Assembly (NCBI RefSeq): GCF_009914755.1 | Contig: NC_060928.1 | Direction: 5' to 3' (one strand) | Length of the DNA stretch: 64,000 nt | From: the human T2T-CHM13v2.0 reference genome, Homo sapiens | Shown: piece after piece, positions 29,101 to 46,700 of the stretch | Position numbering within the stretch: the stretch's first letter is position 1 | Layout: each line of letters opens with the position of its first letter | Position numbers and translations under genes: made by a program | The notes under the pieces: generated by a model | Databases searched by the model: none | Told to the model about the DNA's origin: nothing | The model's input: only the letters and a program-made list of their open reading frames with translations

Positions 29101-30239
29101 AATCGAAGAATTAGGCACATTTATTTGGTTCAATCTAGCAAATAGTTATTGCATGCCTACTGGGTGTAAGGCACTGTTATAGATGAGTTGGAATATGGAT
29201 GCATCTCAAATGGCAAAAATGCTATTGCTTCTGGGGACAAATAAGGTCACATTAGCATACATGCTCAAATTTCCATTGCACTGGGACACTCCCAGATGCT
29301 CAGTCCTTTTCAAAAGTCCCCTATAATGTATTTCTGGCATGCTCAGGGGAGTCTAAAGTGTTCAACCATGAATCTTATCCTGTTAGTCCTGCTGCTGCTC
29401 CCCCACATGCCACTGTGGATGTCAGCCATGCCATGTCTGTTATCAGGAGTCTGCTGCAGGAATTTCACACTCTCATTGTTACTTTGCACTTAAATCTGCT
29501 TCTACCCAGGCCCACGTGTTCTTTTCTAATCTTTTCCTTCAGTTTCTGCCTCTAACTCCTCTCTCTGCAGTGTCAGCAAAGACAAAACAAACAAACTAAA
29601 CCCATTACACCCTCCTTTTATAATCATTACAGCTTCCCTCATTCCAAGTGGTTATTACATTAAATTTCATTCTCTTCTTCAACTTTAAAAGGAAATAATT
29701 TGCACAGTTTTCAAAGACAGATAGGTGTAAACCCCTCATTTTATCAGTCACTTCTTGAATTTTCTTCCCTCTCAACTAAAACGACCCCCATTAAACAAAA
29801 AGAATTTATAATCTAGTGGTCTGATTGGAGAACACAACAGGTGTATGCATGATGTAATTGCTAAGATTATACATACATAGTTTGTTTTGGAAATTAATAC
29901 AAAACAAAACAAAATCAGGAAATTATGATTGTTCCTAATCCTAACGGCAAAATCAGAGAATATGGGTTGGCCAAAGAGCTCGGAGTGAGGAAAGTGAGTT
30001 GGCAGGCATGGTTCACTCAGGTTACAATACAGAAGACACATAGAAGTGAAAGGGCCTGTGACTCTGAGTTTATGAATGTTCTCTGTGACAGCAGGCTAAG
30101 GGGAAAGTGGTCACGTGAAAATACAGTTAGACTAGAGCAAGGCTGATCATTCAAGATGACTTACATTCTACGCCAAATATTGTGAATTTTCTCAGGTGGG
30201 TAACTAGGGACAACATTGGGAAATCTGAATAGTGTAATT

Positions 30240-30760
30240 TATTTATGCATCAACTAACAGAAGACCTAACTGAAAGAAAAATTAGGACATCCATTATCTC
30301 ACGTAACAAGAAGGTATAGCGATATAAGGTGGATTCAGGGATGGTGAATTCAATCACTCAGTGAAAGCATGGCTTTAACTCTATTTCTCTGCATTTGTTT
30401 CTCCTTATAATTTCTAGATGGCCGAATTTCAAGCATCACATTTTCAAACAGTACCCAAAGGAAGGATCAAAGCTTTTTTCCTGTGTTTTTTATTAAGAGC
30501 TTTGCCTAGAAATTTTACCCAGTAAAAAACTTCTGTCTGTGTTAGTTTGCTGAGGATACTGGCACCTGTATCCCAAAACTTAAAAATAATAAGTAAATAA
30601 ATAAGAAAATATATGTTTCAATGACCGAAATCCTTCCATAAACCCACTCAGAAATGAATCATGATTCCTAGAATCCCCCCAACATGAGGCTACCACCTGA
30701 TACCTGAACAAAATCAGGGTTGTGTTAGAAAGAAGTTGGGGAAAGAGCTAGATAGCTAAT
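30240..30760 (-). mobile_element. Old MLT1 (MaLR) LTR remnant
   Basis: attatctcacgtaacaagaag...ctgaacaaaatcagggttgtgttagaaagaag. Confidence 0.5.
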
Positions 30761-32330
30761 TCTGACAGAAAGTAACAAGGTAAGATCTGAAATTTAGATA
30801 TTTAACTATGGAAATAGGATTTGGCATAAGTTAGATGGCATAAGATAGAGACTGGGAGCAAAGAAATAAGAAAAATTTAATGCAATAATATGTAAGATAT
30901 AATGGAAACTTAAACTAAGCCATGGGACCAAAATAAGAATGTCTATAGAGAGAGACGAGTTAAAGAATTTGAAATGAAACACAGCCATTACCAAAGGACT
31001 CTTGGACACGAAGAGTGGGAAAAAGACAGAGATAACTACAGTGTTGGAAACAAATTTAGCAACACTATTAACTGAGCCAATAAATTATTCTATTCTGTAA
31101 AAATAGAAATTATTTCTATCAGCACAGTAATATGCTGGTGTTTACCTTGAGAAAATAAATGATTTTGTTTCATTCCATCCAGGTGGCAAAATGTACCCAG
31201 GCCCTGTATTGATTAGGAATTTTCAAGTTCTGGACATAAAGTTTTCTCTAAGAAGTGAATTTCTTCTGTATATGTTGTCCTTTTTTCAACATGTCTCCAA
31301 ATTGGTTGAAGAAATATGTTATGAATTACTGTATTAAAGGCTGTGGATCACATAAATAGAGCTCTGTCTCTTCTTAGGTATACATTTTAATATACAATTT
31401 TAAATATGTATTATTTAAGAAAAACAAGCTCTAATATAAAGGGAATGTCTGCAGTAAGGGGTACTGTAGCTGTGTCCATTATATTTAAATTCAATTTCAA
31501 TCAATTAAAATAATTATCAGACCCTATGTCAGCAGATTTGGAGAAAAAGTATTTAAAAAAGTAAACTCTAAATGACTTATTTTTATATATTATTTTAAAA
31601 ACATTAATTAATGTTTCAGGAGCAAAGTATAGCTTATTTCAATTGACTATTTTTAAGTGTAATAACCAACATTTACATTATCTTTCAATTTGAATTTATA
31701 AACTCTCCAACTTACACCTAAATGTATTGTATTCTCTGTGTGTCTGGATAATGAAGGAAATTGTTTTTTACCTGACCAGGTCCTTCTCAGTTCTAAGTAT
31801 ATGTGATAGTGATCTGTTTTATTCACCACTATTCTTTGTAGTTTCTCTCCTTCTTCATCCTCATGGTCATCTTTTCCTCTCTTATATAGCCTTTCTTCTT
31901 TATATAGTAAAATATTTTATGTAATGAAAAGTTACATATATGGCATACTAGCCACAAAATATATTTGATATATTTGATGATCTCAATTAACTCATATGTC
32001 TCAGCTCCTTTTAAGGGCTTGTGTGGTTTATGACTAAGTATCTGATTTTTTTTAAAAAAGTGTTACATATAGTGAGAGAAGTAATTACCAACTGTTCCAC
32101 TATCAGGAAGGAAATAACCAATTATCTTACATAAAATGCAATGTTAATAATAACAAGTTCAAGATCTGTACATAAGACAAATTTTGAATTACTTTCACTT
32201 ATTTTTAATTAAATATATTATTTAGGTTAAAATATTTGTATATGTATTTTTTCCCATTACTACATCTAAAACTTTGATACCTAGTAAAAACAGCTATAGG
32301 AGTTCACATACTATATTTATAAAAATAATA

Positions 32331-32438
32331 AAAACATATAATTCATGTGGATCTGTATATGTTTGCATGTATATTAGAGAAAACTTAAAAATATAATTCT
32401 GTGGATCTCAATATGTATACACAGATTTTAGAGAAAAC
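32331..32438. repeat. Degenerate two-copy ~55-bp tandem repeat
   Basis: atataattc(a)tgtggatct...atatgt...ttagagaaaac occurs twice. Confidence 0.8.
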
Positions 32439-32514
32439 AGTGTTCCAGAGACACTTATTATTTTTGCTCTAAAAAACAATTGTGTAAATAATAGATGACT
32501 GATATCTAATATGC

Positions 32515-32870
32515 TACCCATATTTACATTTTCCCAACTGTTCTGAAAATGTCATTCATAGATGGTTTTATTTTATTTTATTCCTTCAATATAGGATCAA
32601 ATTAAGGGTGATGTACTGTCTTTAGTTTTCAGGTAATTTTGTCTCCTTTAATCTAGAACAGTTCTCCCCTCTTTTTTTTTTTTTTGATTCTATGATGTTA
32701 ATATTTTGCAAGATTCCACACTGTTGTTGTATAGAACACACACTGACCTGGTTGTATCTGATAGTTTCCTCATTGCTTCAATCAGGCTAAACATTTGTAG
32801 CAAGACTGCTACATGGGTGATGTGTGTACAAGCAGTATATAATACCTTTGTGATCAGGAGACACATACTG
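32515..32870 (-). mobile_element. L1MC-type 3' UTR fragment
   Basis: gtctcctttaatctagaacagttctcc...tctgatagtttcctcat...aggctaaacatt. Confidence 0.6.
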
Positions 32871-32987
32871 CATTATTTAATTGTGAAGTGTCAAATGTGT
32901 AAAACTAATTTCAGATAGTTCATTAAAAGAAAAAATCTATGTGTATACATATTTATATATATTAATCTATTCATCAATCTGTTGATC

Positions 32988-33016
32988 TAGATAGGTAGAT
33001 AGATAGATAGATAGAT
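32988..33016. repeat. (GATA)n microsatellite
   Basis: tagataggtagatagatagatagatagat. Confidence 0.9.
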
Positions 33017-33034
33017 CTTGCATTATAAAAAGAA

Positions 33035-33158
33035 ACAGATGCAGAGAAACAGATAAAGCAAACAGTATCAACTGGTGAATCTAGATGAAGAATCTGTCAA
33101 TACTCATTGGACTAGTCTTTCAACTTTTCTGATCTATTTCAAAGTAAAAAGCTGGGGA
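33035..33158 (+). mobile_element. L1M 3' end fragment
   Basis: gataaagcaaa...caactggtgaatctagatgaag...tttcaacttttctg. Confidence 0.55.
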
Positions 33159-34449
33159 GAACAATGGGGTGAAATAGTGAAAGGCACGTGACACGGAGTT
33201 TGATACACAGAGGTAGAGTAGCCATTCTACTGCTTGCTGGCTGTATGATTTTGGATGAATCATCGAAAATCTCCGAGCTTATACACCTTAACTTCAAAAT
33301 GAAGATGATAATATCTAGATTATATATTGTTTTAAAGATTAGAAAAGATAAAAGTTACCTGAGGTTTTCAGACAGCATAGCTAGATTTAGAATAACAAAA
33401 CAACTCCAGATTCCTCTCAAATTGAAGGCCCAGTGCACTCTGATATCTTACACATAGACATGGAAAATGAATAAAGAATATATTCATCATTTTTGAAAAT
33501 GACAGAAGTTTAAATTGGCTTGTTGTTCTATTAAAGAAATGAGTTTTTCATAGTTCAAATGACCTTGGTGACTATAAATAAGATAGAGTTCAAGGGTGAC
33601 TAGTGCAGAGTTAATTAATTTAGGAAAGCAATAAAAACCCATACAAGTATAAGATGAATAAGGACTGTGAAGGTGTACAAAAGGTCACAGAGGGCATTAA
33701 CGTAAACACATGAAAAAATGCAGCACTGCATCTAAATTAGGAAATCGACACTGGGATATGCAAGTGCTAGTATCACAGCATTGGAAAACTCTCTCTGGAC
33801 CCCAGATTTATTTCACAATTGCCCTGCAATTAATATGAGATCTGAAGAATGTATTCGTTAATTCTGCAGGTACAATTACCAAGCATGTTTTATTTTCCAA
33901 GCTCTCTGCTGGTTGCAATACAAAAATGAATGAGATGAACATCCCTCCCTTCAAGGAGTTCACAGTCAAGTGAAGCAGACATATGTAAGCAATTACAGTC
34001 TGTCTTCCCTTGGGTTAACTACTAGATTTGGATGCTTATTTTAAAACAGCATCTAAACATTTATGAAGTATTAGAAAAGTTTTATAAAAGTAGTAACATT
34101 TAAGCTGAAACATAACTTTCAGTTTAGAAGAAACAATTTCAAATGTAAGAGAGGAATAAAAAACCTATCCTTGATCTTAAAATATATGACCTCTTAGAGA
34201 CTTATGATTCCTTACTCTGCATTTTCATAACGTCAACAAGCAATATGAAATATTTACCACAATAATTTTTCTTCCTAACAGACTGTAGATCTGACTTCTT
34301 GGGGATATAATCCTTGCTACTTGATTTTGTCAGGGCTTTATTTATGTTTGAAACAAATTCATTAGCATAGGGAAGCTAAATGACACATTTTTGCTTAGTA
34401 TTTAAAAGACTGAAGAGTCTTGAACGTTGTTTTCCAACTAAGACTTTGT

Positions 34450-34625
34450 TTTAGTGTGTTCTTTTCCTTGTCTTTTATTCTCACCTTCTCTTCTTTAAAT
34501 AATATTCATTGGTTCCCTTCTCTTCTCTTTTCTTCCCTTCCCTTCTCTTCCTACCCCCTCCTCTTCCCTTTCCTTTACTTTCTTTTGCTTTTTCTTGTTT
34601 TCTTTCCTTTTTCTTTCATTCCTTT
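34450..34625. repeat. CT-rich polypyrimidine low-complexity tract
   Basis: Nearly pure C/T over 34513-34625. Confidence 0.85.
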
Positions 34626-35158
34626 GAAGTAGGGTCTGGCGAGGCAGGAACAGAAGAATTCAGGTGTCAGAAAGTGCTAAGATTGTCTGTGGGACAGAGG
34701 AGTCATTCGGGTGAGGAAGCGGTTCATGAAGTCAGATATTGATCACATAGGAAGTCAGCGAATGAGTAAATATATTTACCATAATGGGCATCTGATTACT
34801 CCCTGTTAGAGAAGAAATTTTAAAATATGGAAGTAGTGAAGGTAGATTGACGCCTCTGGTATTGAACTGGACTTAGAGGCATTGGTATAAACTTTTGATT
34901 TTTGATAGATGATAGGTAGATAGATGAGATAATGTGTATGTGTGGGTGCTCATAACACATATATTTCCTAACCATGTCTTTTGAGAGGGACAAGAAGCAA
35001 TATCATCCCAGAAACAGTGATTCCACCAAGCACCCAAATTTTAAAGACCATTATTTACTAAAAAACAACAGGGCTCTTGGAATAATTTCTGGTTACAGGG
35101 ATGGGGCAATGAAAGTTTAAGATAAGCCTGAAGTATTTTGTTTTATAAAGTAGTGCTT

Positions 35159-35481
<323 letters not shown>

Positions 35482-35502
35482 TCAGAATCTTCACCCAGAG
35501 TT

Positions 35503-35793
35503 AGGAGGATCCCTTGAGGCCAGGAGTTAGAGACCAGCCTGGGTAACATAGCCAGATGCTGTCTCTACAAAAGAAATTTAAAAAGATTATTGGGGTGTAG
35601 TGGCCCATGCCTGTAGTCCTAGCTACTTGGGAGGCTGAGGTGAAAGGATCACTTGAGCCCAGGATTCTAGGTTACAGTGAGCTATGATCATGCCACTCAC
35701 ACCACTGCACTCCTGCAACATTTCACTCCAGTCAGGGCAACACAGCAAGACCCTGTCTACAAAAAAAAAACAAAAACAAACAAAAAAACAAAA
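35503..35793 (+). mobile_element. 5'-truncated AluJ
   Basis: ggatcccttgaggccaggag, cttgagcccagg, gctatgatc; A-rich tail. Confidence 0.9.
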
Positions 35794-36065
35794 TAATCTT
35801 CAGATAATCTGGGATAATTTGAGCATCAAGTTAAATACTGGCAATAACAAATTAAACAGATTCTAACATACTGAATAAAATAGGAATTCTTGAGTTCCTA
35901 CTGATACAAAGAGACAAATATTAGGCAAATAAATGGGGAGATTGGAAAATTATTCCTTATAGTAAAGTTTCAACTAATAATATGTAGAAACAAGAAAATC
36001 ACCATTTAGCAGTCATCACAACAATAATTGATGCAGACAACAATCTTCAATGAATGTTAAAATTA

Positions 36066-36425
<360 letters not shown>

Positions 36426-37444
36426 TTAATTTTCCCCCCACTTACTGACTACAAAAGAAAAAACAGTAACTTTGCAGTGATGGTTGAAGCCATAATCTTA
36501 ATGAAATATCACTAGTAATTGGACAAGTCAACATATTTTTAATATCTGTGATGAAGTACAGAATCTAAAACTAATTGTAAAGAAATATTAGATAAATCTA
36601 AACTGAAGGGCATTCTGTAAACTAACTGGCCATGCTCTTAAAGAAGTATTACAGTCACAAAGGAAAGGTAAGATTTAGGAACTGCTTACAGTTGAAAAAG
36701 GCTAAAAAGACATGACCAAAAAAGTGGATCCTAGACCAGAAGAAAAAACTGTCCACAAAGGGAATTATTGGAATAATTGTTAAAATTTGAATGGAGTCAA
36801 TGTGATAAATGGTATTCTAGATGGTGGAATTGTTTTTGATGTTCATTTGCTGATTTAGATGATTTATTGCAGTATGGCAGAGTATCCTTTTAACTTAGGA
36901 AATTCACACAAATTTTTAGGGGTGGTACGAACTTATCTGCAACTTACATTCAACTGATTCATTAAGAAATATTAGACGCACAGACACCTACACATGCACA
37001 CACATGAAGACATATACACAAAAGAAAAAGCAGAGAGACAGAAGAAGAAAAGTTGGGTGAGAGAGAGGGAAGGAAAGGAAAATGTTAAACATACATGGCT
37101 AAGATATTCACAAGTAGGGAACCTGGGTGCAGCATGAAGGGAGTTGGTTGTATTATTTTCACAACTTCGCTATAAGTTTATTTTTTAAAAATATCTTCTA
37201 ACTAATCTATATTTGATGGTCCTGTGAATCATGAGTATATTTGTATAAACCTGAATCATATATGCAAATAATTGAATGACTTAACTGCTGGGGTAATGAC
37301 ATACATACATTATGTTGCCAGACATGAAAATTTTATTCTTATCACCTGTATTTATTGACGTACAAAAGTATGTGGTGTTATACTGGTCACAGTAAAAAAT
37401 TTTAGTTTCCAAATCCTTATTTTCTTGCATATCAAATCCAAATG

Positions 37445-37860
37445 TTTTGTCATCCAAAATTCCTCATCTGATGTCCCTGAACCTTCCAGTCCAGTCACCT
37501 ACCTCTATCTCACATCAACTTCTCACAGCAGCTACACCAAACATCTTGCAGTTCATCAATTAAAACACTACTCTTCACACCTCATACATTTGCCAGTGTT
37601 TTTTCCTTTATCTACAACGTCCTCTCCTTCCTCATCCTCATCCTACCGTCTTTATTGGGGTTGTTTCCTTCAAAGATGTGTGGACTGACAGTTAATATTC
37701 TGTGTTTACCTCTGTTAGCAATTACAGTCATCTGTTTTAATTGCCTGTTTACTTTGCTGTGTTATCATCAACCTGTGAGCATCTGTAAATTCTTTTACCC
37801 AGAATTCTACTCTAATCTTTTCCATCTCCCATCCTGACCTACAATGGATACCCTAAAGTC
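37445..37860 (+). mobile_element. Decayed L2 fragment
   Basis: cagctacaccaaacatcttgcagttc...cacacctcatacatttgcc...acctgtgagcatct. Confidence 0.45.
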
Positions 37861-38356
37861 TTTCTTTTCAATACTATTTAATTTATAAGTATATATAAAA
37901 AGTAAGCTCCCCAACATTAGGAGAATTCTTTGTGTTTTCTGAATGTAATGGATATCTTATATTTAAACTGTGAGATAGTATAAGATGTATGTAGAAAAAA
38001 TGAAAAGTATGAATTTATTCAAACTTTACCCAATATGAAATATCACTGATAATTGATAAAGATAGGTTTTATCAAAATCTATTTATTCATTTTGAGTTAT
38101 TTTATTTTTACGAAACTACTTGTGAATCATGGTTCTTATTTTTTTGTAACTGTGTCAACTTATACAATATGAGAAAAACTGAGGTTCCCTCTTCATTTTT
38201 ACTGGCTATGACACACACATTTGTGCTGAAATAATTTGATTTTATAATATAAAAATTTAAACTTGGTAGCTTTCTCTAAAACTAAAAACCCTAACTTAAT
38301 AGGGAATTCAAAAATTCACTTTAGTGATTATACAAATGTTTATAAAAATTCTTTTT

Positions 38357-40672
<2,316 letters not shown>

Positions 40673-42501
40673 TTAAATACCACTTATCGTCTATTTTGTG
40701 CTGAGCATTGTGCTACATCCTTCTTCAGAACAACAATTTGAGGACTGATTTTTCTCAATTTATAAAAGAATCATATTAGAATAAGAGGCTTTATTATTTC
40801 TAAGTGCGCTGCGATTTGCATTTTTCTCTTAGCAGATATTGAACAAAAAGAAAAAAGATACAAGAGGTAGTGTGATGCAGAGAAGGGGACAAATGTAGTC
40901 ATTGTAGTTAGGAACTTTGCAGGAATAGAGTGTTGGAGTCCTGAAGTGTTCTGATTAATAAAAGCTATCTTTCAAGACCCATAGCAAAATGCATATAAAA
41001 TATCATAAATATTTGTGGTAACATTTAAGAGTAGAGCTGATATGTGAAATCTAGAAAATTAAATTTTGGAAATTATGTTAAACACTTATCTAGTGTCTAA
41101 TATACATTTGTAATCAACAAAAAGAACAGTGTTTAAAAATAAGAGCAATACCAATTGCTTCTCTGAAAACCTTTTGTATAGATATGCCAAGTACTTTTTT
41201 TCAGCCAGTCCATTGAGACTAGTTTGCTTTACAGCTTCTTATTTTGAAAAAGTACAAAGAAAGTACTTGTTCATGAGAAAAAGTTAACTGAGGAGAAATT
41301 ACATGTACCTTGGGAGTAAGTTAAATATTTCTTGTTTAATTTTCTTAGATGATTCTTATTAAATAGTTCTTTTATAGATGCACAGAAGTAATGAAAAATG
41401 ATCTCATTGACATTGTGCTTTATTCCTAATGACTGGTTAGATAATTATTAGGAATAAAGGTAGAGTGTATGAAATTATTTTTAGATTTAAACTTCAGGCT
41501 CTTAATATATATTAGAAAAATTGTTCCCTTCCTTGAACCACACCATTTATATTTGGTAATATAGTATAATGATGAGAAAAAGATAATAGAAAAGCAGAAA
41601 ATAAAAGGATTTTAATTCATTTTTGTGTGATTATTATAGCTGCATAAATTATACTAAAATATTAAATATATTTTACTTTTAAGATATCAATTTATTGGTA
41701 ATATTGCTTAATAATAGTCCTTTAAAACTCCAATTATAAAACTGTTTTCTAAGCTCTTGGTCTTCCAGATTTAGAATAACTTTTAAAAGCTGTTTTTTAA
41801 AAAATACTTAATATTTTGGCTATTAGAATATATTTACATTCTTCTTTTCTGAGTCTATAAAAAGTATAAAACACAATCTTTACCATTTGGAATTCAAGAA
41901 AGTATTAATTCATTATGTTTTATTAAAAAGGAAATTTTTTCCATACAACCTGTACATTTCTCCTAGTAAAAATTAATTACTCAGCTGGAGTGACATGATT
42001 TTTGCAATAAAAATTAGTAGTTGGAAATCATGTTTTTTCACTGATTGCTTTTGATGCCTAAATTCCATTCCCACATGGTATTTGAATATAGCCTGATATT
42101 AAGGAAGACATCTGATGCAGTTTTCTTGTCTTTTCTTTTATTACTTTTTAAATTTCAACTTTATTTTAGCTTCAGGGGGTACTTGTCCAGTTTTGATGCA
42201 GGCATATATTGCACAATGCTGAGGTTTGTGATATGATTGGACCTGTCACCCAAGTAGTGAGAAGAGCATCCAATAGGTAGTTTTTCAACCCTGGCACCCC
42301 TCCTTCCCTCCCAGTTTTTATAGTACCCAGTGTCTACTGTTGCCATGTTTATGGTCATGTATGTCCAATGTTTAGCTCCCACTTAAAAGTGAAAATGTGG
42401 TATTTGGTTTTCTGTTTCTACATTAATTTACTTTTTACTTAGGATAATGGCCTCCAGCTCCATCCATGTTGCTGCAAAGGATATGATTTCATTCTTTTTT
42501 T

Positions 42502-42810
<309 letters not shown>

Positions 42811-43408
42811 TGATGGTGTAGTGTCTCATGGTGTATATGTACCACATTTTCTTTATCCAATCCACTACTGATGAGCACCTACGTTGATTCCATGTCTTTG
42901 CTATTGTGAATAGTGCTGCAATGGACATATGAGTGCTTGTGTCTTTTTGGTAGAACAATTTTTTTTTCCTTTGGGTAAATACTGAGTAATGTGACTGCTG
43001 GGTTGAGTGGTAGTTCTATTTTTAGTTCTTTGAGAAATCTCTAAACTGCTTTCTACAGTGGCTGAATTAAGTTACATCCCAACCAACAGTGTATAAGCAT
43101 TCCCATTTCTCTGCAGCCTCACCAACAGTTGTTTTTGGCCCTTTTAATAAAAGCCATTCTGACTCAGATGGTATTTCATTGTTGTTTTGATTTGCATTTA
43201 TTTGATTAGAGATTTTGAGCATTTTTTCCTATGTTTGTTAGCTGCTTGCATGTCTTCTTTTGAGAAGTGTCTGTTCATATCTTTTAATGATGTTACTTGT
43301 TTTTTATTTGTTGATTTAAGTTCCTTATAGATTCTGGATATTAGACCTTTGTCAGATTCAAAATTTGTGAATATTTTCTCCAATTCTGCAGATTGTCTGC
43401 TTACCCTG

Positions 43409-43767
43409 TGATATGGTTTTGTTGTGTCCCCACCCATATTTCACCTTGAATTGTAATAATCCCCACGTGTCAAGGGTGGGGGACAGGTGGAGATAATTGA
43501 ATCATGGGGGCAATTTCCCCCATACTGTTCTTGTGGTAGTGAGTAAGTGTCACAAGATCTCATGGTTTTATAAAGGAGAGTTCCCCTGAACAAGCTCTCT
43601 CTTGCCTGCCACCATGTAAGATGTGCCTTTGACTGTCTCTTGCTTTCTGCCATGATTGTGAGGTCTCCCTAGCCATGTGGAACTGTGAATCCATTAAACC
43701 TCTTTCCTTTATAAATTACCCAGTGTTGGGTATGTCTTTATTAGCAACATGAGAACAGACTAATATA
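43409..43767 (+). mobile_element. THE1C-like MaLR solo LTR nested in L1
   Basis: tgatatgg...caccttgaattgtaataatccccacgtgtcaagg...gagaacagactaatata; 5-bp TSD ccctg/ctctg. Confidence 0.92.
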
Positions 43768-46700
43768 CTCTGTTAGTTTCTTTTGCTGTGCAAAACTCTA
43801 TACTTTAATTAGATCCACTTGGTAATTTTTGTTTTTGTTGTGATTGCTTTTGAGGACTTAATCATCAATTATTTGCCAAGGCTGATGTCCAACATGGTGT
43901 TTCCTCAGTTTTCTTACAGGATTTTCATAGTTCAAGGTCCTGCTTTTAAATCTTTAATCCACCTAGAGTTAATTCTTGTATATGTACAAGTATACGAGAA
44001 TTGAAAAGTAGGAGTTTAGTTTCTTTCTTCTGCATGTAGTTAGCCAGTTATTGCAACATCATTTATTGAATCGAGAGTCCTTTCCTTATAGTGTATTTCT
44101 GTAGACTTTGTAAGAGATTAGGTGGCTGTAGTTGTGTGGCTTTTTTCTGCATTCTCTATTCTCTTCCATTGGACTTTGTGTCTGTTTTTTTACCAGCACC
44201 ATGCTATTTTGGTTACTGTAACTTTGTAGGGTAGTTTGAATTTGGGTAATGTAATCCCTCCTGCTTTGTTCTTTTTGCTTAGGGTTAATTTGGCTATTTG
44301 AACTCTTTTTTTGGTTCTATCTGAATTTTAGAATAGTTTTTCTTAATACTGTGAAAAATGATGTCGCTAATTTTATAGGAACAGTGTTGAATCTGTAGAT
44401 TGCTTTGGGCAATAGGGCCATTTTAAGGATATTGATTCTTCCAATCCATGAACATGGAGTATTTTTTTCATTTGTTTATGTCATCACTGATCTCTTTCAG
44501 CAGTTTTTTGTAGTTTTCCTTGTAGAGATCTTTCACCTCCTTGGTTAGATGTGTTTCTAGGTATTTTTTTGTGTGTGCGGCTATTGTGAATTTGATTTTT
44601 TTTTTTTATTTGGCTCTCAACTTGAACATTATTGGCGTATAGAAATGTTAAAGATTTTTGTATATTTACTTTGTATCCTGAAACTTTACTGAAGTTGTTT
44701 ATCAGCTCTGGGTACCTTTTGGCAGATTATGTAGCATTTTCTAGGTATAAGATTATGTCATCAGTGAAGAGAGATAATTTGACTTCTTTTTCTATTTGTA
44801 TGCTTTTTATTTATTTATCTTGCCTGATTGCTCTAATTAGGACTTCCAATACTATGTTGAATAGGAGTGATGTGAGTGGGCATCTTTGTCTTATCCCAGG
44901 GGGAATGCCTCTAGCTTTTGCCCATTCAGTATAAAGTTGGCTAAGGGTTTGTCATAGATGGCTCTTATTATTTTAAAGTATGTTACTTCAATGCCTAGTT
45001 TCTTTAGTATTTTTTTAATCATGAAGTGGTGTTGTATTTTATTGAAAGCTTTTTCTTCATCTATTGAGATTATCATATGGTTTTTGTTTTCAATTCTGTT
45101 TATGTGGTAAATCACACTTATTGATTTGTGCATGTTGAACCCACATTGCATCCCAGGAATAAAGCCTACTTGATTGTGTTGAATTAACTGCTTTATGTGC
45201 TGCTGGGTTTGGCTTGGCAGTATTTTATTAAGGCTTTTTGTATCTATGTTCATCAGGGATATTAGCCTATAGTTTCCTTTTTTTATTGTGTCTTTGTCAG
45301 ATTTTGGTATCAAGACAATGCTAACTTTGTACAATGTGTTAGAGATAAGTCCCTCCTTTTTGGTTTTTTTGGAATAGTCTCAGTAGCTTTTGTACCAGCT
45401 CTTCTTTGTTTATCTGGCAGAATATACAAAGGGTTTTTATTCTTTGGTAGGTATTTTAAATCACTGACTCAATTTTAGAACTCATTATTGGTCTGTTCAG
45501 GGTTTTAATTTCTTCTTGATTCAATATTTGTTGGTCATGTGTTTCCAGGAATTTATCCATTTTTTTTCTAGATTTTCTAGTTGATGTGCATATAGGTGTT
45601 CATAATGGTCTCTGAGGATCTTTTGCATTTCTATGGGATTGATTATAGTGTCATTTTTGTTGTTTCTGATTTGCATATTTGGATCTTTTTTTCTCTGTGA
45701 GTCTAGATAACATTCTATAGACCTCATTTATTCTTTCAAAGAACCAATTTTTATTTTTGTTGATCTTTTGTATGAATTTTTGGGTCTCAATTTCGTTTAG
45801 TTCTATTTGGATTTTAGTTATTTATTTTCTTATGGTACCTTTGGGGCTAGTTTGTTGTCATTTTCTCTAGTTTCCAGGTTGATGTTCTTTTCTTAATTTG
45901 ACATCTTTCTATCTTCTTGATGTAAGCATTTAGCACTATAACCTGTCCTCTTAAAGCTTTTTTTTAATGCATTCTGGAGATTTTGGTATATTGTGTCTTT
46001 GTTTTTTTTTTATTTCCAACAAGTTTTGGATTTCTGCCTTAATTTCATTGTTTTTACAAAGGGCATTCAGAAACAAGTTATTTAGTTTCTGTGTAATTGC
46101 ATGGTTTTTCAGATGCTCTTCATATTGATTTCTAGTTTTTATTCTACTGTGGTTCTAGAACATGCTTGATAGGATTTTGATTTTTAAAAAATTTGTTGAG
46201 ACTTGCTTTATGGCCCAGACTGTTGTCAGTCTTAAAGTATGTACTGTGTGCAGATGAGAACATACATTGTTTGATTTTAGGTGGAATACTCTGTTGATGT
46301 CTATTAGGTCTAATTGGTCAAGTTTTGAATTTAAGTTCAGTATTTCTTTGTTAGTTTTCTGCCTTGATGATCTGTCTAACACTGTTAGTGGGGTGTCAAA
46401 ATATCCCCTATTATTCTGTGTCTGTCTAAGTCTTTTTGTAGGTCTGGAAATACTTGTTTATGAATCTGGGTCCTCCAAAACTGGGTACATATGTGTATAA
46501 AATAGTTCAGTCTTTTTGTTCAATTGAAACTAATATCGTTATGTAATGCTCTTCATTGTCTTTTGTTATTGCCATTGGTTTAAAGTATGTTTTATCTAAT
46601 ACATGAATAGTGTTCCCTACTCTTTTTTTGTTATCCATTTGCATAATAGTTCTTCTCTGTCCCTTTACTTTGAGCCTATTGGTGTCATAACATGTGAGAT

